A stretch of DNA of 64,000 bases from Camelus dromedarius (taxonomy: Eukaryota), in assembly GCF_036321535.1 (NCBI RefSeq), contig NC_087436.1:52454001-52518000 (forward strand). The letters are read 5' to 3'. The notes under the pieces are model-generated. The model searched no databases and was not told where the DNA came from. It saw only the letters and a list, made by a program, of their open reading frames with translations. A program made the position numbers and the translations under genes. Positions 51,367 through 64,000 of this stretch are shown one piece after another. Position 1 is the first letter of the stretch, and each line of letters opens with the position of its first letter.

Positions 51367-52667
51367 AAAAATGAATGATATAGTAGTTGTCTTAATGTTT
51401 TTTCATTTTTTAATTTTTTCCTATAGTCATCACTTACCAGTTTACTACCTTGTCCTTGTAAAAAGCTTATGGACAAGCATGAATCACAGAACATAATGTG
51501 CAAACAGGTGGATTATTTTGGTTCCTGGCTATGAAAGTGAGCAACAAATATAAAAAAAGGGGGCTCTTATCAAAGTAAATCAATTCCCAAACTCCAGCAG
51601 AAGTGAAGATGACAGGGATAGGTGGATAACCTAGTGCCAGGTGACAGTAATTTACAGCAAACCTGGAAGAATGAACTGCTCTGACTATAATCACTAGGAG
51701 GAAGGATATCTAAATATGATTGACTCTACTTCTCCTTTTGGGTATCAAATACTTTATGTAATATCTTCTTATGGTTATAAATATTCAAGGAGAAACCTTA
51801 TTCCTAACCAACTTCTCAAAAATACAAACTGGCTTTTTTTAAAAAAAAAAGCAAAGTTCACCAAAGAAAATTTGGAAGAAAATTAAATATTGTACATCAT
51901 TAATTCATGTGTTATCTTACTTATTACTTCTGCTTAGCTTAATCACTATCAACTGGTCTTATATGAAATGGGTGATGTATTATATAGGAAGAGTGAACCA
52001 ATATGGAAGCAAATTCTATGGAAGAGTATTCAGTCTCCAAGCCATTTGTTTAGTATGCTTTTTTCACTACTCTTTTCTTTTTTTCCTTCAATGATCTCTA
52101 CCTAAAAGTATAAGTGATCATTCTAATATTCTTATTTTCAAGAGATTCATAACAGTTGTCATCAGCAAGTTGTCTGGCAGTTTTATCTTGCTGATTGTAA
52201 TTATTCAAATACTGAGGAAAAAAAGAATATTTGAAGGTTTCAAAAAGCTTCTAACTTACTGAATAATTGCCCATCTTTTCCTTATTTTTGAGGAAATTAT
52301 ATTTCAAGCTTCAGATAAATATTTTAACTTGTGAGTAATTATCTAACTCATGTTGTTTATACTCTTTTTTTTCTTAGTCACCCTTTCCAATTTCCTCTTT
52401 ACCTTTGAGAAATTTGAGATGCTTCTTTCTGAACATTGAATGTCAAAGCAGGAATTTACTCTAAGCGACATTCCATTCAATTCCTGTGTAGTAAGTGTCT
52501 CCTTTCCTGTTACTGAATTCCTGTGGGTCATTATAGCTTTATCAGGTTAAGATAATAATGCCTTTTTGGTGTTAAAAGAAGCTCTTTTAGTTAGCAAATA
52601 AGATCCTTTTTGTCCTGTTGCACACAAAATCATCAGTAGCATGGGAAACAGTGGTGTCAATTAAAAA

Positions 52668-52911
52668 CATGGGCAAAACTGCCAGTGGTATAGTGTCAGG
52701 ATACCACTGGCTGGAATGTAAGAATCTAAAACCTCCTAAAACAGGAAACTTGGATTCTATGATTGGAAATGTGCTCAGATGCAGTACTTTTCTGCTTGTG
52801 AAAGTCATTACTATGTCACTTCCTCCAACCAAAGTCTGGATTTGGAAGAATGGGTCAAATTGTGTCCCAGCTTTGTTGTTCATCCAAGATATTTTTGTCT
52901 TTAATTATACA
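52668..52911 (+). repeat. Dispersed direct repeat, copy B (244 bp, in EMCN intron 1)
   Basis: ~94% identical and ungapped against 39897-40140. Confidence 0.97.
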
Positions 52912-53049
52912 CTATATGATTCCCAAATTTCAGCAACTATAAAAATAATAATGCTCTAAACTTGAATAGAGGTTTTGTGTCTTGCAGAATGCTGTAACGG
53001 TAAAGATAATCATAACTAATCTCTGAATAGAAGTAGCCACCATATGAGT

Positions 53050-53470
53050 ATTAGACACCTGTTGTGCCTTTTCCTACATCCTCTCTGGACATGTTTGGTC
53101 CAACCATTGCTATGGCAACCTGTCAGGTGTCACCTGACAGTATCTTGTCTCATGAGAACGTGTATCTCTTGCTTTCCTGTCTGCTGTTGTTCTGATACTA
53201 AGGCATGTTTCACCTGCAGAACCCTGCCTGGCACTGGTATGTGTCTGAGCTAGAAGTGCAGCTGCCTTAGCACTCTAGGAGACATCCTTTGCCCAAAAGA
53301 AGAATGGGGCCGGTGAATAAATGCTTTCCTCTTCTATTGCTGTTCTAGTTCCACTATTTTAGTCCTCTACTCCTTTTCCTTAGATCACTTTCCTTAGATC
53401 ACTTTCCTTTACAGACTGTCCGCATACAAACCTTTGTCTCAGGCTCTGCTGTTTTGAAACATCCAGGATT
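53050..53470 (+). mobile_element. LTR16-like ERVL solo LTR remnant
   Basis: 'gagctagaagtgc', 'ggggccggtgaataaatgc' and the end 'aaacctttgtctcaggctctgct' resemble the LTR16 family. Confidence 0.6.
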
Positions 53471-54487
53471 TATTATTTTTCTTGATGGGAACATTTTGGT
53501 TAGGGTGATAATGTATATATGTTCTACCAGAGTTTCTCTGACACTCTGATATTCACTACCTTTCTTCCCCTTCACCTAAAAAAAAAAAAAAAAAAAATCT
53601 TGAAAGCTTTTGTTGAATAAGTTCAATAATATTCCACACAGGTCCTGTTCTAAGGCCATCATTAGTCTGTTTGTATGGAGTCAGTAATGAATTATATTGT
53701 GAGGTTAGTAGTCAAAAATGTCAATATTGTTGATTTTATTCTGAGCGTACTGCTCATCTGACATGTAAACTGTTTTTTATTCTGTTAATCACTCATTTTC
53801 TGGCCTAAACCTAAACTAGGTGTGTCAAAAACCAGAGAATGGAGATCACAGTTGGGTCTGGTCTACATCTCCCAGATAAGTATTGTCACAGCGTCTGCTG
53901 ACATCCACCATTTGTCGTGCCTGGCACTTCAACGTTACTTCTATCAAAATGTTTCAAGGCCAACTCTGTCATTCCCATTCTACTAATTAGGACACTGAGA
54001 TTTGGAGATGGTATAAAGTTATCCTAGAGTGATATGGCTTAATATCAAACTAGAGAATATTGTTCTTCAAAATCTTCCCTTATAGCTTGCCACTTTCCAA
54101 TGTAGTGAAACTGCAGTAAGTTGAGTCTTCCTGGTGGAAAAGAGTAAGAGTAGAGACTTCCCACTTGACTAATTTAGAAGCACTGCTGCCTCTCCTGGCA
54201 CCTTCAGCACCTTTAAACTGCAAACTAAGACCACAGTGCCATGAATGAATTTCTACTCAGTGATCATTAGCCTCTTAATATCCTGGATTCAATTAATTAT
54301 TAAAGGAAGGGTTGAAAAGAATTTTAGGCATTTCCCTACTTACCCATTATTATGTTGTTAGGGAAAAAAGTGTGCTTGGCTCTAAAATAAATGTAAATGC
54401 AACTAATATGGGATTTAGAGGAAACAGCAAGAAGCAAAGAGGAAATAACTATTAGTGAATTAATTACTTAGTGTCACATTTATAATT

Positions 54488-54695
54488 CTTCTGGAGCCAG
54501 ACTGTCTGGGTTCAAATTCCAGCTCTGCCACTTACTATCTGTGTGAACTTGAGCAAATTACTTAACCTTCAGCTTTCTCAGCTGTAAAGTAGAAATGAGT
54601 ATCATCTTATCTCACAGGGACATTGGGAGGATCATGTAAGGTAATATACATAAATACCTAGAATAGTGTCCAGCGTATGGCAACTCTGTAAGTTT
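54488..54695 (+). mobile_element. MIR
   Basis: 'ctggagccagactgtctgggttcaaattccagctctgccacttactatctgtgtgaacttgagcaaattacttaacc'. Confidence 0.9.
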
Positions 54696-57600
54696 CACTG
54701 AGTTTTGGAACTCAGAGTCCCACAGTTTATTACATCCCATTCCTTAGGTAAGCGATTTTATCACCAAATTGATTCCAATCTAAAATCAACAAATATTTAA
54801 ATAATTATGTTGATTCTCACAAAGAGAAAAACCAGCACATGAAAAATTTTCACAATAGAATTGATATAGGATACTAGAAATATGTTTGCCTAGTTATGTT
54901 CTCAACCACAGTTTATACAGGCATAATTTGGCATACACAGACTGATGTATATGTTATTTAATGCACTGTATAAACTAATCACTCAAATCAATAAGCAAAA
55001 TTGTATTTGTGTTTAATGAGAACTCTAATTTTTTTGGTCTGAGAATCATCAACATCTTTGAATATTATTTCCTATCTTAAAGGATTGAGCATTGCTTAAT
55101 CTGAGAGATGGACTATGTTAGTAGAAGGAACCTTGGTCTTAACATGAGAACCAACTTTGGATCTAGTATGTTGAAGTTGGCCAAGACACTAAATGCTTGT
55201 TACACTCAGTTTCTTTATCTAAAAATGGGAAAAATGATCATTGCTGACACAGTATTGGCGATACACGATAATCAGGAAATCTATTTTAGAAACTATAAAT
55301 CATTATTAAAATGTGGTTATTAGTTTGTATAAGCTAGCATTTAACTTGCAGAATCAACTGATGAAGAGGAATGCATTTCTTAAATTTGAAGGTTCTTCCT
55401 TACTGGCTGGACTTTTAACTTTTAACCAGTCCATCATTGCTCTCTTAGTCATACACCTTTACATATTTTTTATGGCTGCTACACATTCAAGTCACCAAGT
55501 GTTGAAATTATGCTAGAGTTACAAAAATCACACACACGAAACACAGAAAATTATTTGTATCACACATTGAACTTATTTTTAACTGAAGTAGGAAAAGAAA
55601 TAATTTTTTGTGGTAGGAATTGTGAAATCATTCTCCTAGAGCATTCAGCAAGTGTGAGGACCTAAACGCTGAACTCTTGCACACTGTCCCTAGGGAACAG
55701 GCCACTCCTGAATCTGTCAGCTCAAGGCTATTGTGACAACTCCTCTGTCCAACAATGAAACATCCCCCACTTACCTCTTTCCCTGCAAATCCCATTTTAA
55801 AAAGTAGAGAATTACCTTTTTAGATGCACAGAATTAACTAATTTAAAGATTTTTCATGGTAATTGCATTAGTGGGATTAGGATAATTGAACCATATGAAT
55901 AAATAAACTTTTTTTTTCTTTTCTTCCTTTTTCATTTTCTGACAGCCTCATTTGTTGAGTGCAAGTTTTATGACAATTAAAGTTTAAAACTCTATAGATT
56001 TGTAAAGTGGAAGAAAGAAATATGACAATGCTGCCAACAATTTAAAAACCTGTTATTAGGGTCGATTACAACCTGACTGAATATAAATCTCTTGGAAGTA
56101 AGGACAATGTATAATTGATGGATTTCCCCTCAGTGATGTCTTACTAACTAACTCTTGGCTTTAATTTGGAGAACTGTATTTCTTCAAAAGTCAACAGAGT
56201 TGGAAATACCCAAGGCATTCTTAGCTTTGTTTTCAGTGACTTGAGGACAATAGTAATTTTTATCCTTGACCTGGGTCATAGAGAAGTTGTGAGTGTCATT
56301 TTGGGATACTCTCTTGGTGGGCTGAACTTATTTGATTTGCTTTATGAAGTTGACCACTGTCTTACTATTGTGCCTGTCTTTGGTTTATATCAATTGCCCA
56401 GATCACAAAAGAATGGAGTGATTATCTGAACGCAAGTGTTGAATCATTGCTGTGTCTTACTCACAAGAAAATACTGGTATCCTATTATTCCATGCACCAT
56501 TCATCAGGTAATCCTGAATCATTTAGTTCTGACTAATCCTCACCCCAACTAGAATAAAATGTAAAATTATGGAAATTCAAGACACATCGATTACAGATTT
56601 TACCTCTCTATCTCTGAAGCCTTAGTTCAGAATGTTGACTTTATTCTAACTAATCCTGTTCAGAAGTAAAGGCATCCAAGAATTCAGTTATTCCCAGGTG
56701 TTAAAATTTTCACTGATTAATAGCTAGTCAAAATACCCTGTGAAGAGTTGACATGGGACTAACATCATTTTACTTTGTCTAATAGACACAAAACTCCTAC
56801 AGTGCATATACTATTTACCAGCATGTTACATAAAAGAAAATCTACCTTAGCTCTCTCTATATATTTGGAATATAATGATATTCTTATATTTTTTTCTCAT
56901 TGAGCTCTGGCTGGTGTCACACGCCAGAGCCCTTGGTTTTTAGTCACCAACGACCACAAGCTTGCTATGTGATTGAGCCAAGCGATATATTTTTTACCTC
57001 TCAAGGCTCTAATTTCCCGATCTGTGAAGTGATGTGGTTTGACAAAATGATGTTGAAGTTTTCTTTCAGATCTACAATCGTATGATCTTACTGTAACAAG
57101 CACTTTCTGTACATTTGGCCTCCAGTTATCTTGCTTCATTTTCATTCTGTTATTCCTCGATATGTTCATTCTGGAGCAAGATGTTTAATTCTATCTCCCT
57201 CATGTTTACCTCCTTTGGGAATTTTCAGATAGGGCTGTTAGAAAGCATCTACTTTGCATGTGAAAAGCCAATTCTCTGCCATGAGTGACATTTCTGAGTG
57301 CACAACAAAAGACATTTTTTTCTATTTTTCTATGTGGCATTATTTGTATCTAAATTGTAGAGATTTGGTAGCAGGAGGGGTAGAAAACAGGATTGAGAGA
57401 GAGAAAGAAGGTAATTCATTGCTATCAGAAAAAGACTGAGAGTAAGAATGAGAATAAAAGAGATTGAGAAAGTGGCAGAGACTGGGAGAAAGAGAGCGCT
57501 TCTCTGACAGGGTTGGGATGGAGAAAGATGCAGAATGAGACGGGGAGGGAGGCTGGTGGACAGACGGGAGACGTACTCCATGCTCTGATGAGTAGGGAGG

Positions 57601-58799
57601 AGCTTTCCCCGCAAGCCCTCTGGCCGCTCTTACAGCCCCGTACCTTGTGAACGTCTTTCTTATCATTGTATCTCTTGCCAGTTCTTCAATCCTTCATCCA
57701 TTGCTTTTGCTGAACACTAAATTTTTCAAAGCACTTCCACTGATCAAATATCTCGTTTAATTCTTGCCATCACCCAGGGGATTGGGCAGGCTGGTATTAT
57801 TTATGCTCATTATCAGAGGAGAAAAGCCCAGGGACACACACTTTGTCCCTCAAACTAGTAGCCCTTGATGCTTCTTATTTATAAGAGTCACCTAAAGTAT
57901 CTATTAAAATATTTTTTCCTAGTGCTCATTTCTCATGATCTCCAGGTCATTCCCTTTCAGTCAAACCCAGAAAACTGTGTTTCCAGCAATTACTGCAGAT
58001 AATTTTTATATACTGATATAATGACACACACTCTGAGAAATTCTGGACTAGACTCAAATTTCCTGACTAGTCATCTGAGCTCTTTTCACTGTCCCATACC
58101 CGGGAGATAACCAGAGGTGTTTATCTTTCAGAAAAGTGTTAGGGTGTAGTGCCTGCAGGGAAAATTTTGGTATTGATCCAGTGTAATCTAATTCTTTTTT
58201 TTTTTTTTTTTTTTTGCTTATACTAGTTTGGGATAATAGGAAATTCAATTTGGCCAGGACAAATATTAGTAGAAACACTGAAATTTCCCTAGGCACACAG
58301 GCTTACATTCCAGCCTTTTGGACCATCTTTTCATAAGGAGATACTCTTCACTCCCTTCTCATTTTAAGATCTTATTGATTGTTTTCAATTCTACTATTAA
58401 TTTCCTTTCTGTTTTCATTAGCACCAAAAGACCCTGAACCTCTACCATAGGCTCAAGAAAAGTGGCCACCTTGAGTAATGGTTTGATTAGGGAAACAGCT
58501 ACAGTGATCCTATCACAGTTTCAAATGGGGTCAGGATGTATTTGATAATTCAAATGCAAGTATTTTTGGTCCCTAGAGAAACTGGCAAGAGCCAGAGGAG
58601 TTTGAGAAAGTAGGGAGGATTCAATGAGGAGCATTTGAGCATGAAGAGAAATGGAGGCACTACAAGGTTATGAACCTGGGCTAAAAATCCAGGGAAATTT
58701 CTAGTATTAGAGAACAACCAACTGGAGTTTGTAAACTGGTCATTACCCTGCTGTTACTTAATAAATCAGGATGAGTTACAGGAAGAGGTCAACAGCCTC

Positions 58800-59130
58800 T
58801 CTTTCAGAGTTCACAAACTAACGTCTACCTCTGCAGATGTGTGGTGTTTGTCCACACAATGCTTTCTGACGACAGGCTGTTATTTAAAAATACTCTAATT
58901 TCACAAAACAACAACAACAAAGAAAGAAAGAGAAAATCTTACTTGCAGCTCTTCTGGCAATGCCAGGTCTCATATTTCCTCACGGCAGCGTTCAGTTAAG
59001 CGTGAGTAGTAAGTGCCCCCTTTAAACCAGGGAATGCTCTCTTTCCTACAAGTGCGTGTGCACTTATACCCTGTCTGACTCTCTCATTTACTGCTCTTCC
59101 AGACCCCTGTGGGCATTGGGGTAATCCTTT
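58800..59130. mobile_element. MER102-like hAT-Charlie element
   Basis: 'ctggcaatgccaggtctcatatttcctcacggcagc...tgagtagtaagtgccccctttaaaccaggg...ctcatttactg...cccctgtgggcatt'. Confidence 0.6.
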
Positions 59131-60654
59131 CACCTGTTTCAGGAACTTGTAGGCTTCCATCTGAGCATTAGGTATTCAGTTTGCAAAGCTATCACCATGT
59201 TTATGATGGTTCAATGGATTTTGCACAAGGACAGGGCTCTGGGACACTTTTCTATAACTAACTAGGCTTGCCAGCTCAGTATTAAAATTTTAAAGACATT
59301 CCAGTCACCAAATTATTTTTTTAATTTCCACAAAGATGAATGTTTTTATTAAAAATTGCTATAAATAATTAACTTAGCACAGATCACTACTCTTGTTTCA
59401 CAGTCTTAAGAGAGCATAAAACTTAGAAAATAATTTAAAGAATTTGGGAACCACAAATTATAAATTGTGATTAAAATTCTGCTTTATTTTAGTTTCCCAT
59501 CACTTTCTTACAATTTATTTTGTGAACATAAACTTCCTGCCCTCAATAAAAATATTGAAGGGCCATGACTTTTGCTCACTCAGTTCTGTAGACAACTAAA
59601 TTTGCAGTGTATCAATTTAAAATTTGAATATATGATCCAAAATAATTGAAAATTCTCTCCTGTAGCTCAGGCCAGCAGGGGATAGAATTCTACAAAGTGG
59701 CTTCTTTACAAGTTCTCTATTTTCCAGTCCCCTATTCCCTCTCCAGTCCCTTTCTGACAATGCCATATTGGGAGCAGGATAAGAGAGGAATGAGAAAGTT
59801 GAATGAAACTTATTACTAGACCTGGCACCATATGTTGTGCCCAGAGCCTGGCAGGTGGTTAAAGCCAGTAGCTGAATGGTGCATTTTCATGGGTTCCTCA
59901 AAGGTGTGCTTTTGAGCCTGTCTCCCCCGTAGCTCCTTGTTCACGAGGATGGATCCTAGTCTGCGAGTCCAGCGATTACTCTTTCCAAAGCACTGGTAAT
60001 CCTCCGTTAACTCAGAGCCTCATGATGCTAAAGTGGCCAACTCTGCACACAGCCCTAACAGGACTCAAAACTTCTCTAAGCCCGCGCCCTCATTCTCACT
60101 CTTCATTTGGTCCACAGGAAACAGCCTTAGGTCTCTTTCTCTAACACTCCCTGTCAGGGCGGGCTTATTCTCAACATAACAATAACCTTCCTGGTACTGC
60201 CCCCAAACTGCTAGACAGCAATTCTTCGTTTCTCCTGGTTTCCCAGGGATAAGTCAGATCCAAGGCTACCATGCCTTTCACATGTAGGGACCACACAGTA
60301 AGGTAGGTTTGAATCGCAGAGGGGCAGACAAGCCTTGCTCCTCAGGGGTGAAGAAAGTTAGAATGGGATTCAAAAGAAAGATTCTGCAAAGACAACTTCC
60401 TCTCATATAATATCTATATCTTTCTCTCCACATTTTCATTCTTTTTATGCTATAGAATGAGTTAGGAGATTGAAGCCTTCACAGGCAAGTTTTGGATACT
60501 TTATTTGAAATTCTACATATGATTGTTTATCCTGCCCCTTGGTAATTTCACATATTTTGGTACCTGATTAAAACTTTAATGTTCACATATTGTGCCAGAT
60601 GTCTTGGACAAACTTTTCCTTTGAAACAACTAAAGACCTGAATGTGTATTTTCT

Positions 60655-63565
60655 CTGAGTTTAATGTAATTATACTATAAATCAATATTATGATCAGAAC
60701 AGTAAAAAATCTCTGTATGTTCAGAAATTAAGATATTTGCTTATAAATAACCTATGGATATAGAAAAAAGAATCATGATGGAAATTAGAAGAATATGAAG
60801 AGAAATAAAATATTTTACAACAATGTATGCATGATACAACTAAACCAGTGATGGGGAGCTTTATAGTCTTAAATGCACACATTAGAAAGAAAATAATTTT
60901 TAAAAGACTAAAATAAACTCACATAAAGTATATGGGAGAAAATAATGAAAGTAAAGGCAAAAATTAATGAAATAGAAAAGAAATACATAATGCAAAGGAT
61001 TTCTATATATTTTCTTAAGATTGCTAAGCCTCTGCCACTATGAATCAAGGAAAAGGAGGTAAGAAACAAATCAATAAAAATGAAAAAAGAAATATCACTA
61101 CAGTTTCTGCTAAAATTTAAATTTAGTAGATGAATATTATGAAAAGCCTAATGTTAAAAACTTGGAAATTTACATAAAATGAATAAATTGCTAGAAAAAT
61201 ATAGTTTATCAAAACTAACTCTAGAAGAAATACAAAACTTTGGTAACCCTTTAACCATTAAAGAAATTGAATCAGCAATTGATCATCTTCCCATACACAA
61301 AAACTCTCAGTGCAGTTGATGTCACTAGAAAATTACACTAATTATTCAAATAATAAATAAATCCAGTTTTACATAAACTCTCACAGAGAATGGAAATAGA
61401 GGTTTTACTCCCCAACTTACTTTATCAGGCAAGCATATGGCTAAAATCGAAACCTGCCAGAATATTGTAAGGAATACTATAAGCCAATTTCATTCTTTAA
61501 AAAAAGAATTTAAAGTCCAATAAAATATTTTTAAAAGGTCCTTAACTGTCCCCAATTTGGGATTATATTAGCAATATGAAGTTGGTCTAACACTAGGACA
61601 TGAATCAACACGACCCACCACACTGATTGAATAGAGAGAAAAATACATGGTCATCTGACAGATGCAGGAAAAGCACTTTTAACAGTTCAATATTTATTCT
61701 TGATAAAAACATTTAGGAAACAGGACTATAGGGGGTTTTCTTAATCTGGTAGGGTAGCTTCAAAAACTACAGCAATCATCATGCATAATGGAGAAGTGTC
61801 ACCTTTCTCTTTGAGAGGGAGAGGAAGGCAGTCTTGCCCAGCGATGCTACTTTTATAAAACCTTGTACTAATATGCTAGCTAGTGCAGTAAAGCACAAAA
61901 AATAAGCATACAATAATTAGAAAGGAAAAATAAAAACTGCTATTATTTGTAGATGCTGTGATTATATAAAGAAAATCCACAAGACTTTATAGGTGAATAT
62001 TAGAATTAAAGAATTCATCCAAGTTTCAGAATACAGAACTTAAATAAATTAGTTATATTTCTATTATGCAACAAATACTTAAAAAAGAAAGTTTAGCAAT
62101 TTGCCACTTACAGAAACAAAATTCAAGTACTCATAGATAATTCTAATAAAATATATTTATGATTTCTCTGAGGAGAATAATAAAACTTTATTGAGTGCCA
62201 TTAAAGGAAACCTTAAAAGTTAGGAAAACATACTATGTTGATTGATTGGGCAATCCAGTATTTTAATGATGCTAATTTTCTGCTAATAGACCTATAGATT
62301 GATATAATTCCAATTAAAATCCTAATAGATTTTATTGTGCAATATAAGAAGCTGATTATAATTTTTAATAGAAATGCATAAAGTCAAGAAAATATCAGTA
62401 ATTCTTGAAGAAGAAAAATGAGAAAGGAGAACTTGGTCTGTCAGTTATCAAATCTTATAACAAAGGTATAATCATTAACACTGTCAAACTGGTGCATGGA
62501 AGACATGCCAAGCAATAGTGGCGCTGATGCCCCATAGATTCGGGGAGAGAATAGAGTTCTGAAAGACCTACAGATGTGTTGATCTTTGATATACAACAGA
62601 GCAGTGGGGAAGGGATTGGCCTTTTCCATAAATGCTGCTGGGACAATCAGGTAGCCACTGGGAAAAATTATACTGGATTTCTATGCCATTTTCAGAAAAA
62701 TACGAAAGACAATTCCAGATGAATTACTTACTGATTTAAATGTAGAATATAAACTTCAAAAGTTTAAGAAGAAAATATAAGAGAATATCTTTGTACCTTT
62801 ATTCTAGGAAACTACACAAAAAGCACTAACCGTAAAGGTAAAGACATATTTTATTGCATTAGAATTAATCACTCAGTGTATCAAAAGCCACAGTAGCAAA
62901 AGTGAAAAGACAGCCTCAAAATAGGAGAAGGCATGGCTATAACTGACAGAAAAGACTCATCCAGAATATACAGAAAAAACTACACATCAGTAAGGAAAAT
63001 AGAAACCCAATCAAAAAAATTTCATAACAGGAATACATGTACTTCACTTATGCTCAAGAATAGGAATACAAGTTTGCTTACAGCAGCATTTTTATGCTAG
63101 TCAAAAATTAGTGACAGCTCAAATGTCTACTAATTGCAAAACTAATAAGTAAATCATGGTTTATTCATTCAATGAACTATATAGTGTAACGGCAATGAAC
63201 ATACTATAGCTATAATCAATAAAATGAAAATCTTAAGATATAATCCTGAGCAAAACACAAAAAAATACCTGAAAGTTAAGAACAGCCAAATCTAAATTCT
63301 ATTATTCTCAGATATACACATACACAATAAATCTATAAAGGCTAGAAGTAATTACCATAAATCAGATTAGCTACAGGTTACTTCTAGAGCAATAGGAGAG
63401 GGACAGAATTCCTAGAACATTCTCAGGGAGCTTCTGCACTGCTGGTAATATTCTATTTCTTTATCTAGGTTGTAAATGCACCAAGTTCTGGCCAATATTT
63501 ATTCATTATTCATTATATGTATATTTATATTTTTGCACTTTTCTGGTTATGTAATTTTCTATGTT
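60655..63565 (+). mobile_element. Old L1 (L1ME-type) ORF2 and 3' UTR, ~2.9 kb
   Basis: A-rich, with collinear ORF2 landmarks: 'ttaaagaaattgaatcag', 'catggtcatctgacagatgcaggaaaagcac', 'ccttttccataaatgctgctgggacaat'; heavily decayed. Confidence 0.88.
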
Positions 63566-64000
63566 TGTAGCAAAAGTTAGGCAGAATGAATAAAATGAAG
63601 ATCCTGAGCTTAAGAAATTTAAAACTGAAGCTGGGATCTATTAAAAGGGAAATAGGGTATCTTAATCTACAAAGAAGACTCTTCAAAGTCTTAAGAGTGA
63701 TTAGTACACAACACAGGTTGAATGTATTTAATGAGAAAACTTTAAGAAATACCAAGAAAAGAAAGCTATGGAGAGAAACGTCCTCAGCCTTCTGCAGCAT
63801 TTTGTGACAGGAACAATCTTGTTTTAGCAAATAAATCTCTGTTGTCATTAATCATACACTATTTGTGGGTTCTCCATTTTCCCTGCAGGTCTGGAACAAA
63901 TCCCTTATGAATAGGGAAGACACACTGTGTGCATTTAACTTTTAGTTTTGTTCTTATCGATTTCCTCTCAATCTTATTCTCTTATTCTCTTGAATTGTAC

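Larger units (their letters stand above)
47625..64000 (+). other. EMCN: EMCN intron 1 (partial; exon 2 not found in the window)
   Basis: Starts with GT; I found no Thr/Ser-rich mucin exon downstream; repeat-rich. Confidence 0.7.

Noticed and set aside
53375..53409. 14-bp tandem repeat TTTCCTTAGATCAC x2.5
   Set aside because: Local slippage inside an LTR remnant; no evidence of function.
63870..63914. Acceptor-like 'ctccattttccctgcag' as EMCN exon 2
   Set aside because: The phase-1 continuation reads GLEQIPYE and then stops; it is not Thr/Ser-rich mucin sequence.
1..64000. Prokaryotic-type systems (CRISPR, operons), tRNA/rRNA/snRNA genes, NUMTs, processed pseudogenes
   Set aside because: The DNA is mammalian, and none were recognised by eye; short decayed copies could have been missed without a search.

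Overview
Mammalian genomic DNA, AT-rich and dense in interspersed repeats. The young L1 3' ends resemble camelid (alpaca/camel) L1, and I recognised no Alu, B1, Bov-A/BovB or PRE1 SINEs, so a camelid source is inferred but not proven. The only protein-coding sequence I can support is coding exon 1 of endomucin (EMCN) at 47555-47624 (+), encoding the signal peptide MKRLQVTILCLLLSSLCNSEDKT-G. It has an ETS/GATA/SOX-rich promoter, and the first ~16 kb of intron 1 follow; exon 2 was not found in the window. The other ~47 kb is upstream intergenic DNA with old L1, L2, L3/CR1, MIR, hAT DNA transposons and ERVL/MaLR LTR elements. The most unusual feature is an ungapped 244-bp direct repeat (15 mismatches by hand count, ~94% identical) at 39897-40140 and 52668-52911. 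It brackets the EMCN promoter and exon 1, matches no repeat I recognise, and carries ETS, FOX:ETS and SOX-like motifs. Other observations: a strong-context uORF whose stop overlaps the EMCN ATG, a twin-primed (5'-inverted) young L1, ultra-short L1 insertions with target-site duplications (TSDs), a nested transposon complex, and several palindromic or motif-dense candidate enhancers. Repeat names come from my recall of consensus sequences, not from a RepeatMasker run, and old-repeat boundaries are approximate.
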